Assembly: GCA_963771075.1 (NCBI GenBank)
Contig: CAVYSE010000016.1
Coordinates: 1-64,000, forward strand
DNA: 64,000 nucleotides
Source of the DNA: a candidate division FCPU426 bacterium
GTDB lineage: Bacteria > Oederibacteriota > Muellerivitia > Muellerivitales > Muellerivitaceae
Direction of reading: 5' to 3'
The notes under the pieces were generated by a model. It was not told the DNA's origin. It did no database searches and worked only from the letters and a program-made list of their open reading frames with translations. The position numbers and the translations under genes are program-made. Positions 20,401 through 30,973 of this stretch are shown here, piece after piece (position 1 is the stretch's first letter; each line of letters starts with the position of its first letter).

Positions 20401-22503
20401 CTATTGCCGCTTAATCTCAATCGCACAAACCTTAGCATCCTGGACGGAAGCCATAAACCGAAGAGTGATCTGGCCCTGGGCGTCGGGGACAATATCTGTG
20501 AATATTTTTTCCAGGGCCTTGGCGAACCCACCCGCCTCTTGGAAAATGTCGAACCCGGCCAGGACCTTTTTGCCGTTGATCAAGAGGTCAAAGACTCTTT
20601 CTCCTTTATTTCTCATAGACGTTTCAGCGAATTTGAGGCGAACCTGGTATTTACCAGGCAATACGGGAAGCGTATAGCTGAAATCTTTCCCATGTCGCTC
20701 GTGCTGAAAAAGCTCAGGTTCGGTCGTACCGGCGATGCCCTCCCAACAGCGGGAAACCTCCCCACCGGAATAACCCACATCCCAGGACCAATCGAAACCA
20801 GTCTTGTCCTTGTAGTCTTCCCGATTGGTGATAATTCGCCAATGATCCGTTGGGATTAAGGGGATCGGCTCAGGGCGATGTGACAGGGCTCCCATTTCGG
20901 GGACTTTCTTAGGAACGAGCTCAAACCAACCAAAATCCGCGTAGGAGCGGTTATCTTTTCCGTTGGCGGTAGCGTAGAGGCCGAGGACGGTGCCGGTAAA
21001 CCCCCCCGCCTTTTCCCGGGAAAGGTCTTCGGAAGGGCAAACCGCCAGGGTTTTCCAGGCCGTTCCGTTAACCGACCAGGAGAATAGATATTTTTCTTCG
21101 GACCCGGAAATTTGTAATCGCACCGGACCCGAAGGGGCCAGTTCTTGGGTCACCAAATAATCCCGGTTGAGCACTCGGTTTCGCACAAACAGTTGGGCCT
21201 GGCCTCCGAACCGCCCAATGCCGACCTCGTAATGGTTGCCCTCATTAGCTCGCACACAAAGGCCCGCTTCGTCCCCCTCTTGGTCCGGCTTGAATTCCAT
21301 CTCGGTGCTGACAGTGAAACGAAAATCCGGCTGGCGCTGTCCGACAAAAACCGGTTCTTCCCACCGGCTATTGAGTCCATCCTTGGCCGCCCTCAGGCGA
21401 AGGTGATCGGGCCGTTCATCAAACGAAAAATTCTTGGGGTCGACATTGCGGATATGGAGCCACTGGGGCCCCAAGGCAGGACCTTTAAAAACGGTCTTGG
21501 GCTCAATGGCCATGACCTCAAAGGGTTTGAGCTTGGGCGCTTCCATTTCCAGGGCCACATGGTGCGCCTTGCCAACGATAGGCCAACCCTCCTGGGTCCA
21601 GGTCACCGGCGCCAGGAAGGTTTCCCGGCCCAGGGCGGACATGCCCTTGTGGGGCCGGGTGCCTAAGAAGACCGCCCACCAGGTCCCATCCGAGGCTTCC
21701 ACCAGGTCTGCGTGGCCCGCGCATTGGATGGGGCTTTGGGGGTCGTCGCGTTCAGTCAGCATGGGATTGGCGGGGGATGATTCGAAAGGCCCCCAGGGGC
21801 TCTTGGACCGTGCTACGACTTCCTGGTGGTGGCTTTCCGTTCCGCCCGTGGCGGCGATGAGGAAATAGATCCCCTGAACCTTATAAAGATGAGGGCCCTC
21901 GTTCCACTCCCCTTTGTATTCCCAAATCTTTTTCAAGGGCGCCTTGAGTTGCAGGGTCGAGGGGTCCAGTTCCCCCTGGGAAATGCCATTCCCATTGTCC
22001 GCGCCGGCCCGGTGGTAATAGATCTTGCCGTCGTCGTCGAAGAAGAGGGAGCCGTCGATGCCGTAATCCTTAAGCCAGACAGGCTCCGACCAGGGGCCCG
22101 CCGGGTCCTTGGCGGTGACGATGAAGTTCCCTCCCCCGCTCACGTTGTCGCAGATAAGGTAGAAGGTCCCCTTCCAGTAGCGCAGAGTGGGCGCGTAAAG
22201 GCCGCCCGAATCGGACGCCCCCTTCAAGGGAAGCTGGCTGGGCCGGTAAAGCGCGTTTCCGACCAGTTCCCAATGGGCCAGGTCACGGCTGTGGTAGATG
22301 GGAAGCCCCGGAAAGAACTCGAAGGTGGAGTTGGTGAGGTAATAATCATCTCCCACCCGGCAAACGCTGGGATCGGGGTGGAAACCGGCGAGGATGGGAT
22401 TTTGGTAGGTCGTCATGGGTTCTTTCCCAGTTGAAGATAGGGCTTCCGCCAAAAGAGACTGGGAGGTGGCGCAACAGGTAAGGATTAGAGCGCAAAGGCT
22501 CAT
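20401..22503 (-). CDS. GH43 beta-xylosidase/arabinofuranosidase with C-terminal malectin-like module
   Basis: NPILAGFHPDPSVCRVGDDYY, GLYAPT, GIDGSLF, NEGPH, AGHADLV, GGFTG; tail YQVRLKFAE...GERVFDLLING...AKVCAIEI; possible signal peptide. Start uncertain. Confidence 0.92.
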   Translation of the reverse strand: MSLCALILTCCATSQSLLAEALSSTGKEPMTTYQNPILAGFHPDPSVCRVGDDYYLTNSTFEFFPGLPIYHSRDLAHWELVGNALYRPSQLPLKGASDSGGLYAPTLRYWKGTFYLICDNVSGGGNFIVTAKDPAGPWSEPVWLKDYGIDGSLFFDDDGKIYYHRAGADNGNGISQGELDPSTLQLKAPLKKIWEYKGEWNEGPHLYKVQGIYFLIAATGGTESHHQEVVARSKSPWGPFESSPANPMLTERDDPQSPIQCAGHADLVEASDGTWWAVFLGTRPHKGMSALGRETFLAPVTWTQEGWPIVGKAHHVALEMEAPKLKPFEVMAIEPKTVFKGPALGPQWLHIRNVDPKNFSFDERPDHLRLRAAKDGLNSRWEEPVFVGQRQPDFRFTVSTEMEFKPDQEGDEAGLCVRANEGNHYEVGIGRFGGQAQLFVRNRVLNRDYLVTQELAPSGPVRLQISGSEEKYLFSWSVNGTAWKTLAVCPSEDLSREKAGGFTGTVLGLYATANGKDNRSYADFGWFELVPKKVPEMGALSHRPEPIPLIPTDHWRIITNREDYKDKTGFDWSWDVGYSGGEVSRCWEGIAGTTEPELFQHERHGKDFSYTLPVLPGKYQVRLKFAETSMRNKGERVFDLLINGKKVLAGFDIFQEAGGFAKALEKIFTDIVPDAQGQITLRFMASVQDAKVCAIEIKRQ

Positions 22504-22617
22504 GCGGACGTTCAAAAGCCGCTCCTCCGAAAAGACTATCTTAACCTGCTTGGGCGGATCGAGCCATCCGGCTTCAGTGTTCGGGGCCAAACCCAAGCCC
22601 TTTTCTATAACTTCATT

Positions 22618-22730
22618 TTCACCGCGAAAACGCGAAGAACACCTAAAAACGCGTAAGATTATTTACCATCCCAAAAATTCCGAGTTGTTAATCAAAAAAG
22701 TCTTTATGCCCTTCGCGTCTTCGCGGTAAA
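22618..22730. repeat. Palindromic intergenic element (CGCGAAGACGCGAAG-type)
   Basis: TTCACCGCGAAAACGCGAAG (22618-22637) is an 18/20 inverted match to CTTCGCGTCTTCGCGGTAAA (22711-22730). Confidence 0.75.
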
Positions 22731-22808
22731 TATTTTGGTGTTTTCTTTTGCCGGGGGCCATGTATGTGGTAAAACCTTCCATTACTTTTACCTCTTAAGG
22801 AGGGCGCC

Positions 22809-24002
22809 ATGGACTATTCCCATTTCTTCTCCCAAAGCTCGAACCGGATGAAACCCTCCGTCATTCGCGCGCTCCTTAAGCTGACCCAGCAGCCGGACAT
22901 CATCTCCTTCGCGGGGGGCACCCCCGACGCCGAGCTTTTCCCCCGGGACCTTTTGGCGGACATCGCCACCAAGGCCATCCGCGGGCAGGGCAAGGTGGCC
23001 CTGCAATACGGCGAGACCATCGGCTGGAAGCCCTTCCGGGAACAGATTGCCCTTTATCTGCAAGCCCAGGGCATCGACTGCACTTACGAGAACATCCTCA
23101 TCACTACGGGCAGCCAGCAGGGGGTGTACCTGTCCGGGCTGGCCTTGTTGAACCCGGGCGATACCCTGGTCGTGGAGGAACCCAGCTACCTGGGCGGCCT
23201 GCTGGCTTTCCAAAACTTCGCCGCCAACTTTTTACCGGTACATATCGGCGAAAACGGTTTGGACCCCGCAAGGGTGGACGAGGCCGTCACCCAAGCCTCG
23301 CCCAAACCGAAGATTCTCTACACTATCCCCACCTTCCAAAATCCCGCCGGTTCCACCCTGCCCGAATCCCAAAGAGAAAAGCTGCTGGAGGTGGCCCGAA
23401 AACATGACCTGATCGTGATCGAGGACAACCCCTACGGCGAGTTGAACTTCACCGGCAAAACCATCCGGTCCATCAAGTCCTTCGACAAAGACGGCCGGGT
23501 CATTTACTTGGGAAGCTTCAGCAAGATCGCATCGCCCGGCATGCGCTTAGGCTGGGTCTGCGCCGACCCTGAGCTCATCGCCAAGATGACCCTCGCGAAG
23601 GAGACGGCCGACGTCTGCACCGACGTGCTATCACAGGTCATCGCGGCGGAATTTTTCAAGGGCGGGCATTTGCGGGACCACCTCGAAAAACTCATCGGCA
23701 CTTACAAAAGCCGGAGGGACGCCATGCTCTCGGCGATCGAGGCCCATTTTCCTAAAGGGGTCCGCAGCAACCATCCCCTGGGAGGGTTCTTCGTCTGGGC
23801 CGAACTTCCCGAGGGGCTTAATGCCGTCACCCTCTTCGAGAAGGCGATTGCCGCCAAGGTGGCTTATGTGGTGGGTACGGCCTTTTACACGAAGGAAGGA
23901 CAGGGCCTCAACACCCTGCGCCTGACCTATTGCACCGCCCACGAGGAAAAAATTAAAGAAGGTATCCAGCGGCTTGGAAAAGTCTTTAAGGAAGCAATGT
24001 AA
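22809..24002 (+). CDS. PLP-dependent class I aminotransferase (LysN/ARO8-like)
   Basis: ISFAGGTP, TTGSQQG, IPTFQNPAG, IEDNPY, GSFSKIASPGMRLGW. Confidence 0.93.
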   Translation: MDYSHFFSQSSNRMKPSVIRALLKLTQQPDIISFAGGTPDAELFPRDLLADIATKAIRGQGKVALQYGETIGWKPFREQIALYLQAQGIDCTYENILITTGSQQGVYLSGLALLNPGDTLVVEEPSYLGGLLAFQNFAANFLPVHIGENGLDPARVDEAVTQASPKPKILYTIPTFQNPAGSTLPESQREKLLEVARKHDLIVIEDNPYGELNFTGKTIRSIKSFDKDGRVIYLGSFSKIASPGMRLGWVCADPELIAKMTLAKETADVCTDVLSQVIAAEFFKGGHLRDHLEKLIGTYKSRRDAMLSAIEAHFPKGVRSNHPLGGFFVWAELPEGLNAVTLFEKAIAAKVAYVVGTAFYTKEGQGLNTLRLTYCTAHEEKIKEGIQRLGKVFKEAM

Positions 24003-24007
24003 TGAAT

Positions 24008-24130
24008 TTCACCACAGATGCAGGGGAAGTAAACCTTATTTGATTTTTAAAAAAGAGCCTTTAAATCTTTCGATTACTAAGCATCACATAATTTCTTTCA
24101 TCTTAATAAAGCCAATGCATCCGTGGCTAA
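24008..24130. repeat. Degenerate palindromic intergenic element (CCACGGAT-type)
   Basis: TTCACCACAGATGCA vs TGCATCCGTGGCTAA, 12/15 inverted match. Confidence 0.6.
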
Positions 24131-24170
24131 GTCTGCATTGGCTTGGCCGTTAATAAATAATTGAGGTTTT

Positions 24171-24767
24171 ATGGAAAATAAACCGAGTCTCACAGCTATT
24201 CCCAAACCCTCGGGCGATAACAAACCCAAGCTCATCATGCTCAACAAGCCCAAGGGCTACGTGGTCACCCGTTCGGACGAGAAAGACCGAAAGATCGTTT
24301 ATGAACTTCTTCCCGAATGGGCCTATACCGATCACTGGAAGCCTGTGGGCCGGCTGGACCTGGATTCCAAGGGGCTTCTTCTCTTCACCAAGAACGACAA
24401 GCTGGCGAATAAAATCACGACTCCCGGAGGCTGTTTGAAAACCTATGAGGTCTTCGTGCGGGGCATCGTGACCTCCGAGCACATGAAGCTGGCCTTGAAG
24501 GGCGTGGAAAATTCGGGCGAGCTATTAAAGGCCTTCCAGGTGCGCGTCATGGGAGGGGGCGGGGCCAAGACCAAGCTGGAAGTGGTGCTGGACGAGGGCA
24601 AGAACCGCCATATCCGCAGGCTCTTCGGCACCATGAAAGACCCCAAGTTCGGAACGCCCCTGAAAGTGCTGGACCTGAAGCGGGTACAGGTGGGCGGATT
24701 ACACTTGGACGTGGAATCGGGCAAGTGGCGGTTCCTGTCGAAGGACGACGAGCTGTTGTTGGTTTGA
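24171..24767 (+). CDS. RsuA/RluE-family pseudouridine synthase (no S4 domain)
   Basis: LNKPKGYV, VGRLDLDSKGLLLFT, EGKNRHIRR. Confidence 0.92.
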   Translation: MENKPSLTAIPKPSGDNKPKLIMLNKPKGYVVTRSDEKDRKIVYELLPEWAYTDHWKPVGRLDLDSKGLLLFTKNDKLANKITTPGGCLKTYEVFVRGIVTSEHMKLALKGVENSGELLKAFQVRVMGGGGAKTKLEVVLDEGKNRHIRRLFGTMKDPKFGTPLKVLDLKRVQVGGLHLDVESGKWRFLSKDDELLLV

Positions 24768-24889
24768 TTGATCACTCCTTTCTCCACCGCCTTTTCATCC
24801 CGACAAACTCAACCCACAGGGCTAAAATGATATTCGGTCTCCTGAATACCTCAGGGCTCTATCGCGCCTGGTCCCGGAAGGTTTAACCT

Positions 24890-26953
24890 TTGGCACTTCT
24901 CACGAAATGGGTAATACTCGCCTTTATCCTCCTTCTTGGGATTTGGTGCTTTCTCTGGCGGGGCCAACTTCCCTACCATGTTGACGCCTATTGCTACTCC
25001 TATCCGGACCACGCGGTCAACCTGGAATCCTTTCACCGGCACGCCCTCCCCCTTTGGAACGGGCTCATTGCCTGCGGGACCCCCCAGTTGGCCAGCTGGG
25101 TGTCAGCGAGTTTGTATCCTCCCTTTTGGCTGTTTAACTGGATCGGCCTCCCCAACGGGTTCATGGGGATAGTATTGGCTCACGCCGCTTTGGCCTTTTT
25201 GGGTTTTTACCTCTGGCTGCGAACCCTCAACCTCCTTCCTTTGGGGTGCGCCCTGGGCGCGTTCGCCTTCGCAGGCTCGGGTCACTTGGTCAGCTGTTGG
25301 AATAACCTGCCTTTTATCGCGACCGCCGCCTGGATCCCTTGGGTTTTTTGGGCGGTGAGAAAGGCCTTGGATCGGCCCGATTGGCGCCGATGGATGGTCC
25401 TGGGGATCGTATTAAGCTGCCAGACCTTGGCGGGTTACGTCTTTTTCCTCTTTTACACCCTGCTCTTCCTGGCGATTTGGTTCGAGGCCCAAAAGCCCTC
25501 TTGGGCATCCCGTGCGACCTTTGGGTTGACGCTCCTGCTGAGCGCCGGCCTGACCTCCATCCAATGGCTGCCCTTTCTCGATTTTTTGTCTTTCGGGCAT
25601 ACCGATCCCTGGCCCAGCTATCCCTATTTCATGAAACCTTTAGAATACGCCACCCTCCTCAAACCCGACCTTTTGGGGTTCTTGGGCTCCGCCGATTACC
25701 GGGGAACCTTCGCCAACGGGATTTTCAACCTTTACTTCGGCCTCATACCCCTAGCGCTCTTCCTGGCCTCCTTTTTCACGGCCCGCCGAGCCCATTCCCT
25801 TTTTTGGGCCCTTTCTGCCGTTTTCTTCCTTGCTTGGATGGGGGGACGCTCATGGTTCATTTGGGATTTTCTCCCGGACCGCGCGCTTGAGTTCCTGGAA
25901 CCTTCCAAGGCGGTGGGCCTCTTTCTCTTTTGCGCCATCACTTGCGCGATCCTGAACTTGGATTTTCTTTTAGCGTCCGTCCAAAAGCGCCGTGAGCTTT
26001 GGGCTGCCCTGGCGAGCCTCTTGGTGGTTTGTGACCTTTGCCACGTCCCCTTTGCGCTGTTGCACCGGATACCCAATCTCTTTCAGGACGCGGAAATGGG
26101 GCAAGAGGCTCGCCGAATGAAGAACTTAGTGGGTGATGCCCGGATCTTGACGATCCGTACCAACCGGGACGTTTTTTTCAACGGGGCGAATGCCTACGAG
26201 GATTCCTATTTGACTCCGATCCGGCAATTTACAGTGAATTCCAACGCGGCCTGGGGGTTCCGTTCCGCCGATGGCTACCAAACGCTTCAGGTCGAAGGAG
26301 CCGCGAACTTGAAACGCTATGAACTCAAGGGTTGGCCCTTCGCGGGGGATCTGCTGGATGTGGCGGGTGTCCGTTTCTTATTAGCGCCTCAAGGCCTGCC
26401 CACCACGAAATATAAGCTTTTGGAAAAAGGGGCCGATCACAACCTGTACCAAAACCCGGATGCCTCCCCGAATGTCCGTTGGGTAGGGGGAAAACGAGAA
26501 TGGGATAACCGCCCGCGGCTTTTAAACCAGCTTGCCCTTCCCCACAACCCCTGGAAGGAAAAAGTGGATCTGGAAAAGGACGGCGGGGGGGGGTATGTCC
26601 AGCTTCCACCGTCCCAACGCGTCCTGGCTTGCCCCCCTTCCCAGGACGGCAACAGTGGGATCGCTTCACGATCCTCCTCAAGCGTTCGGTCTTCCGGGCC
26701 GGGTTATGCGGTTCTAAACGAGACCTACGCCCCCGGATGGCGCACCTGGATCGACGGAATTCCCCACCCCATCTTGCGGGCCTATGGTCTTTTCATGGCC
26801 GTTCCGATCCCCTTGGGAGGGGAACATAGGGTCGATTTCCGTTATGAACCTGCCTCATTCCGCTTGGGGGCGTTCTTGGCCCTGTTGAGCTTTGCCCTGG
26901 CAATCCCCATGGTATTTTCCAGGCCGTTGGGGCCCGGACGCGGGATCGGTTAA
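24890..26953 (+). CDS. YfhO-family membrane protein (GT-C-like)
   Basis: LPLWN...GTP...LYPP N-terminus, many TM helices, C-terminal ETYAPGWRTWIDG...FRYEPASFRLG. Confidence 0.85.
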   Translation: MALLTKWVILAFILLLGIWCFLWRGQLPYHVDAYCYSYPDHAVNLESFHRHALPLWNGLIACGTPQLASWVSASLYPPFWLFNWIGLPNGFMGIVLAHAALAFLGFYLWLRTLNLLPLGCALGAFAFAGSGHLVSCWNNLPFIATAAWIPWVFWAVRKALDRPDWRRWMVLGIVLSCQTLAGYVFFLFYTLLFLAIWFEAQKPSWASRATFGLTLLLSAGLTSIQWLPFLDFLSFGHTDPWPSYPYFMKPLEYATLLKPDLLGFLGSADYRGTFANGIFNLYFGLIPLALFLASFFTARRAHSLFWALSAVFFLAWMGGRSWFIWDFLPDRALEFLEPSKAVGLFLFCAITCAILNLDFLLASVQKRRELWAALASLLVVCDLCHVPFALLHRIPNLFQDAEMGQEARRMKNLVGDARILTIRTNRDVFFNGANAYEDSYLTPIRQFTVNSNAAWGFRSADGYQTLQVEGAANLKRYELKGWPFAGDLLDVAGVRFLLAPQGLPTTKYKLLEKGADHNLYQNPDASPNVRWVGGKREWDNRPRLLNQLALPHNPWKEKVDLEKDGGGGYVQLPPSQRVLACPPSQDGNSGIASRSSSSVRSSGPGYAVLNETYAPGWRTWIDGIPHPILRAYGLFMAVPIPLGGEHRVDFRYEPASFRLGAFLALLSFALAIPMVFSRPLGPGRGIG

Positions 26954-27057
26954 TGGAGGTTCAGTCAAAAGACAACGAGCTGTGGTTGGATTGGATATTC
27001 AGCGTTTCCCAGCTTGTCTTGTTTTATTTTTTCAGGGAGGCTTGCCTTTCATTTCGG

Positions 27058-28320
27058 CTATTCCCCCGACAGCAGTTTTTCCCAGATCGCCTCGTTCAAC
27101 AGCACCCGTTTGAACAAGTCCCGCTCATTCTCACTCGGGCTCAGGATTTCCGGCTGGACCGGAAAGGTCAGGATGTAACTGACGCCCTTTCCACTGGTCC
27201 TCGCCTCGATCTTCCCCCCGTGATGGTAGGTGATAAAGAAGCAGGTCATCAGCGCCAACCCCACTTCATGGGGGTTACCACTGCGGACGTAAAAGGGGTC
27301 GAAGACCGATCGAAGGGCTTCGGAAGGGATACCCGGTCCCGAATCCGATACCGTTATTTCCACTTCCTGGGGCAGGTCCCCTCCCCCTAGGGCCCGGCCC
27401 GCAATAGTCACCACCCCGCCCGTCGGCGTGCTCGCCAGTTCTTCCTGAAGCAGCATCTCAAAGAGCTTGTGGAACTTGGGGCCGTCCACGTACAGGAAGG
27501 GGAGGGTATCCGGCAAATGGTCCTCGAACTTGATCTTCTTTTGGGCGTATGCGTCCTTTAATTTCCCGAAGGCTTCCTGCACGACCGCGTTGGGCCTCAA
27601 CCGGTTTGGGAATTGAAAGGAGGGTTTTTCCGAGCTTTCCCCCAGGTCACTCAGGAGGTTGACGACCTTGTCCATCTGGCCCTGCACCTTGACGTAATAT
27701 TCCTTCCAAAAATCGGGGTTGCGGAGCTGTTCCAGGTCCAGGTTTTCCTCCCTCAGCTTCCGTGGGGCGAGGTCCAGGAAGGTCTTAACCGCCACCATGG
27801 AATTACGGATATGGTGCCCCAAACCGGCGGCCAGGATTCCCAGGCTGAGGATGCGGTCCGTGATCATGACCTGCTGTAAGACCGACATTTTTTCCCGCAA
27901 AAGCTGGTCCCGCTCGGCTTGGACCATGAAAAATTCCAATCCGCGCTTGAGGGTCACTTCCAAGAGGGGGATGTCCCAGGGCTTGCTGATGTACTTGTAG
28001 ATGGCCCCGGTATTAACCGATTCGATCGCGATCTCCAGGTCCGAGTAGGCCGTCACCAGGATCCTCACGATCTGGGGCTTCAAGAGGCGGGCTTTTTCCA
28101 AAAGCTGGATTCCCTTTTCCCCCGGCATCCGCTGGTCCGTCATCAGGATGGCGATCTGGTCGCGGTGCTTGCGCAGGAGGAAATAACCCTCCTCGGCGTT
28201 AGCGGCGGTCAGGACCGCGAACTTTTCCCCGAAGGCCTGGCCGAAGTATTTCAGCGATTTCTCCTCGTCATCCACGTAGAGGATGTAGAACTTCTTGTAA
28301 TTGTAGTAGTCAATCGACAT
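27058..28320 (-). CDS. Receiver plus histidine-kinase-like protein, PhcR/PhcQ-like
   Basis: REC (ILYVDDEE, MTDQRMP, YISKPW) followed by HisKA GLGHHIRN and a degenerate ATPase domain; last gene of the phcB-like operon. Confidence 0.8.
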   Translation of the reverse strand: MSIDYYNYKKFYILYVDDEEKSLKYFGQAFGEKFAVLTAANAEEGYFLLRKHRDQIAILMTDQRMPGEKGIQLLEKARLLKPQIVRILVTAYSDLEIAIESVNTGAIYKYISKPWDIPLLEVTLKRGLEFFMVQAERDQLLREKMSVLQQVMITDRILSLGILAAGLGHHIRNSMVAVKTFLDLAPRKLREENLDLEQLRNPDFWKEYYVKVQGQMDKVVNLLSDLGESSEKPSFQFPNRLRPNAVVQEAFGKLKDAYAQKKIKFEDHLPDTLPFLYVDGPKFHKLFEMLLQEELASTPTGGVVTIAGRALGGGDLPQEVEITVSDSGPGIPSEALRSVFDPFYVRSGNPHEVGLALMTCFFITYHHGGKIEARTSGKGVSYILTFPVQPEILSPSENERDLFKRVLLNEAIWEKLLSGE

Positions 28321-30973
28321 AGGCCGCCCCTTTCGCCTCTTTCGAGGGGAACTCCAGGATAAACTCGGTAAACTTCCCCTTTTCGCTCTCCACCCTGATG
28401 CTCCCGCCCTGTTCCTGCAGGATGCGGAAACATATGCTCAAGCCCAATCCCATCCCTTTGCCCACGTCCTTCGTTGTGAAAAAAGGGTCGTAAATCTTGT
28501 CCAGGTCCGCCGGGGCGATCCCCACGCCGTTGTCCCGAACCCTGATCCGGACCTTCCCGTCCACCTGGCGGCTCGTGATCCCCAGCCGGGGTTCCTCGCC
28601 CTGGAATACCTTTTGCCGCAGGGCATCGGCGGAGTTTTGGATCAGGTTCACGAAAACCTGGACCAGCTTGTTCTGGTCGGCGAGGACCTGATGGCCTTCC
28701 GGCAGGTCGATCTCGACCTTGATCCCGTCCTTGATCTCATGGCTGACGAACCTCAGGGCGAAGGAGACCGCCTTCGCCACCTCGATCCAATCCTCGCTCC
28801 CCCCATGGGACGGATGGGTGAAGGTGCGCAGGTCGGACACGATGCGCTGGACCCGGCCAAGACCCTCCGTGATATCCGCCAGGGTTTCCAAGTAGGGGGC
28901 CCGGTCCTCTTCCGGAAGGCGATCTTTTTTCCCCTTCAAGAGGTAAAGGGCCTGGAGGGAATAATTGAGCGGATTGTTGATCTCATGAATAATACCGGCG
29001 CTGAGGCGGCCGAGGGAAGCCATCTTTTCATTTTGGACCAGTTGTCCCTCCGTTTCTTTCAACTGCTCAAGTGACGTTTCCAGTGCACTTTTTTGGAGAG
29101 CGAGGTCGCGCTGATATTGGTGGGATTCGATCAGGTTCTTGACACGCACATGCAGTTCGGAAGTGGAGAAGGGTTTGGTGAGAAAGTCGTTCGCTCCGGC
29201 GTCCAGGGCGGCGTATTTGGTTTCCTCGTCGGCCCGGGCCGTGAGGAGAACCACCGGGATGGACTGGGTAGAGACCTGGCCCTTTAATTCGCGGCAGGCT
29301 TCGATGCCGTCTTTTTCGGGCATCATCATGTCCAGGAGGACTAGGTCGGGAAGATACTGGCGCCCCTTTTCCACCGCCTGGTTGCCGTTCACCGCCTCCA
29401 GCACCTCGTATTGCTTGGAAAGCTGGGCCTTGAGAAAACGCAGCATATCCGGCTCATCGTCCGCCACCAGTATTTTCTTTTTGCCCCGCTTCCCGAAAAC
29501 ATCCGGACGGAGGGTTTCGGACAAGGGGTTCAGGGTTGGGAAAAGCTCGGCCCGGCGGTAAAGCTTGGTCAGCCATTCTTCCTGTTCTTCTTCCGGATCG
29601 GGGCCTGCTGGAATTTTCGCCAATTCCGCTGGGAGAGGCGATTCCTTTGCTTCCTCATAAGGCAGGTCCACCGTCATGAGGGTGCCCACCCCGATCTCGC
29701 TCTCGGCGGTGACCTTCCCGCCCTGGGCCTCGGTCAGCTCCTTGACGAGCGCCAATCCGATCCCCGTACCTTGGTACTTGCGCTGGGCCGAGGAATCGGC
29801 CTGCCAAAAGCGGTCGAATATCAGCGGCAGGTTCTCCTTGGAAATGCCCATGCCGGTATCCTTGATCTTTAACAGGAGCCTCGCCCCCTCCCGTTCCAGG
29901 GTCAATTCCACCTTCCCCCCAGCCGGGGTGAACTTCAGGGCGTTGAAGAGTAGGTTTAGGATGATCTTTTCCATCTTACCCCGGTCCAACATCACGACAC
30001 CCAGCGGAGGTTGGACCCAGGCGGTCAAGGCCACCCTTTTGTCCCTTGCCGTGCCTTGAATGGACTGGGCCAAGCCCTTCACGAAGGATTCCAGTGCCAG
30101 GGGCTCCTTGTGGGTTTCCATGCGGCCTGATTCCAGCTTGGCTAGGTCCAAAAGGTCGTTGATGAGTTTCAAAAGGCGCATGGCGTTGTTTTCCATGATC
30201 CCCAGGGTGTCCCGGGATTCCTCGTCCAGCAGGTGCGATTTCTGTCGCCTCAGGGACTGGAGGGGGGAAATCAGGAGGGTCAGGGGAGTCCGTAGCTCGT
30301 GGCTGATATTGGCGAAGAACCGGCTTTTCATCTGGTCCAGTTCGATCAGCTTGCGGTTGGATTCTTCCAATTGTTTCTGGCTTTGATCCAATTCGTACCG
30401 GTTCGCGAATTCCCGCACCCGGATATTGTTGGTGAAATAACTGGCGAAGGTGGCGAAGAGGGCCGTGGAAAACAAAAAGTACAGGTTATTGGAGAAGATG
30501 CCCAGGAGAGATATGTTCCCATGGAACAGGCAGGCAGCCAGGTAAAAGGCAATCGAAACGACCGAAACAATCATGGTTTCCTGGTAGGTCCAAAGGAATG
30601 CGATGCACATGGCCAGTAAAACCAGGTTATAACCGGCATAGTAGGGCGACACGAACCCGTCGGTGGAATAGATCATCCATGAAAAAACCGCCTGGGGGAT
30701 CAAAGGCAAAATGAGCATCAGCAGACGGTAGGACTGGCCCCCCCACCGGGTGTAAAAAAGGGCGAATAGGGCCAGGGCGAGAAGCGCGGAGAGAAGCCGC
30801 AGTTTAAGAAAATAAGAAAAACACTGGGGATAAATGTTGATGTCTAAAAAGGCGCCCGCCGGCATGGCGAAGAAAACGAACCAACAGGCTATTTTGTTCA
30901 AGCGGATCCTTTCCCGCTTGTTGTAAACCTCGAAGGCCCGTTCAATTTCCGGGGGTAGGATTGTTTTAGCCAT
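28310..30973 (-). CDS. Membrane hybrid sensor kinase (TM-HK-REC-HK), PhcS-like
   Basis: About six N-terminal TM helices (SPYYAGYNLV), FFANISHELRTPLT, NALKFT, GTGIGL; REC (VADDE, LLDMMMP); second kinase IIHEINNPL...GMGLGL. Start MAKTILPPEI overlaps the upstream stop. Confidence 0.85.
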   Translation of the reverse strand: MAKTILPPEIERAFEVYNKRERIRLNKIACWFVFFAMPAGAFLDINIYPQCFSYFLKLRLLSALLALALFALFYTRWGGQSYRLLMLILPLIPQAVFSWMIYSTDGFVSPYYAGYNLVLLAMCIAFLWTYQETMIVSVVSIAFYLAACLFHGNISLLGIFSNNLYFLFSTALFATFASYFTNNIRVREFANRYELDQSQKQLEESNRKLIELDQMKSRFFANISHELRTPLTLLISPLQSLRRQKSHLLDEESRDTLGIMENNAMRLLKLINDLLDLAKLESGRMETHKEPLALESFVKGLAQSIQGTARDKRVALTAWVQPPLGVVMLDRGKMEKIILNLLFNALKFTPAGGKVELTLEREGARLLLKIKDTGMGISKENLPLIFDRFWQADSSAQRKYQGTGIGLALVKELTEAQGGKVTAESEIGVGTLMTVDLPYEEAKESPLPAELAKIPAGPDPEEEQEEWLTKLYRRAELFPTLNPLSETLRPDVFGKRGKKKILVADDEPDMLRFLKAQLSKQYEVLEAVNGNQAVEKGRQYLPDLVLLDMMMPEKDGIEACRELKGQVSTQSIPVVLLTARADEETKYAALDAGANDFLTKPFSTSELHVRVKNLIESHQYQRDLALQKSALETSLEQLKETEGQLVQNEKMASLGRLSAGIIHEINNPLNYSLQALYLLKGKKDRLPEEDRAPYLETLADITEGLGRVQRIVSDLRTFTHPSHGGSEDWIEVAKAVSFALRFVSHEIKDGIKVEIDLPEGHQVLADQNKLVQVFVNLIQNSADALRQKVFQGEEPRLGITSRQVDGKVRIRVRDNGVGIAPADLDKIYDPFFTTKDVGKGMGLGLSICFRILQEQGGSIRVESEKGKFTEFILEFPSKEAKGAAYVD

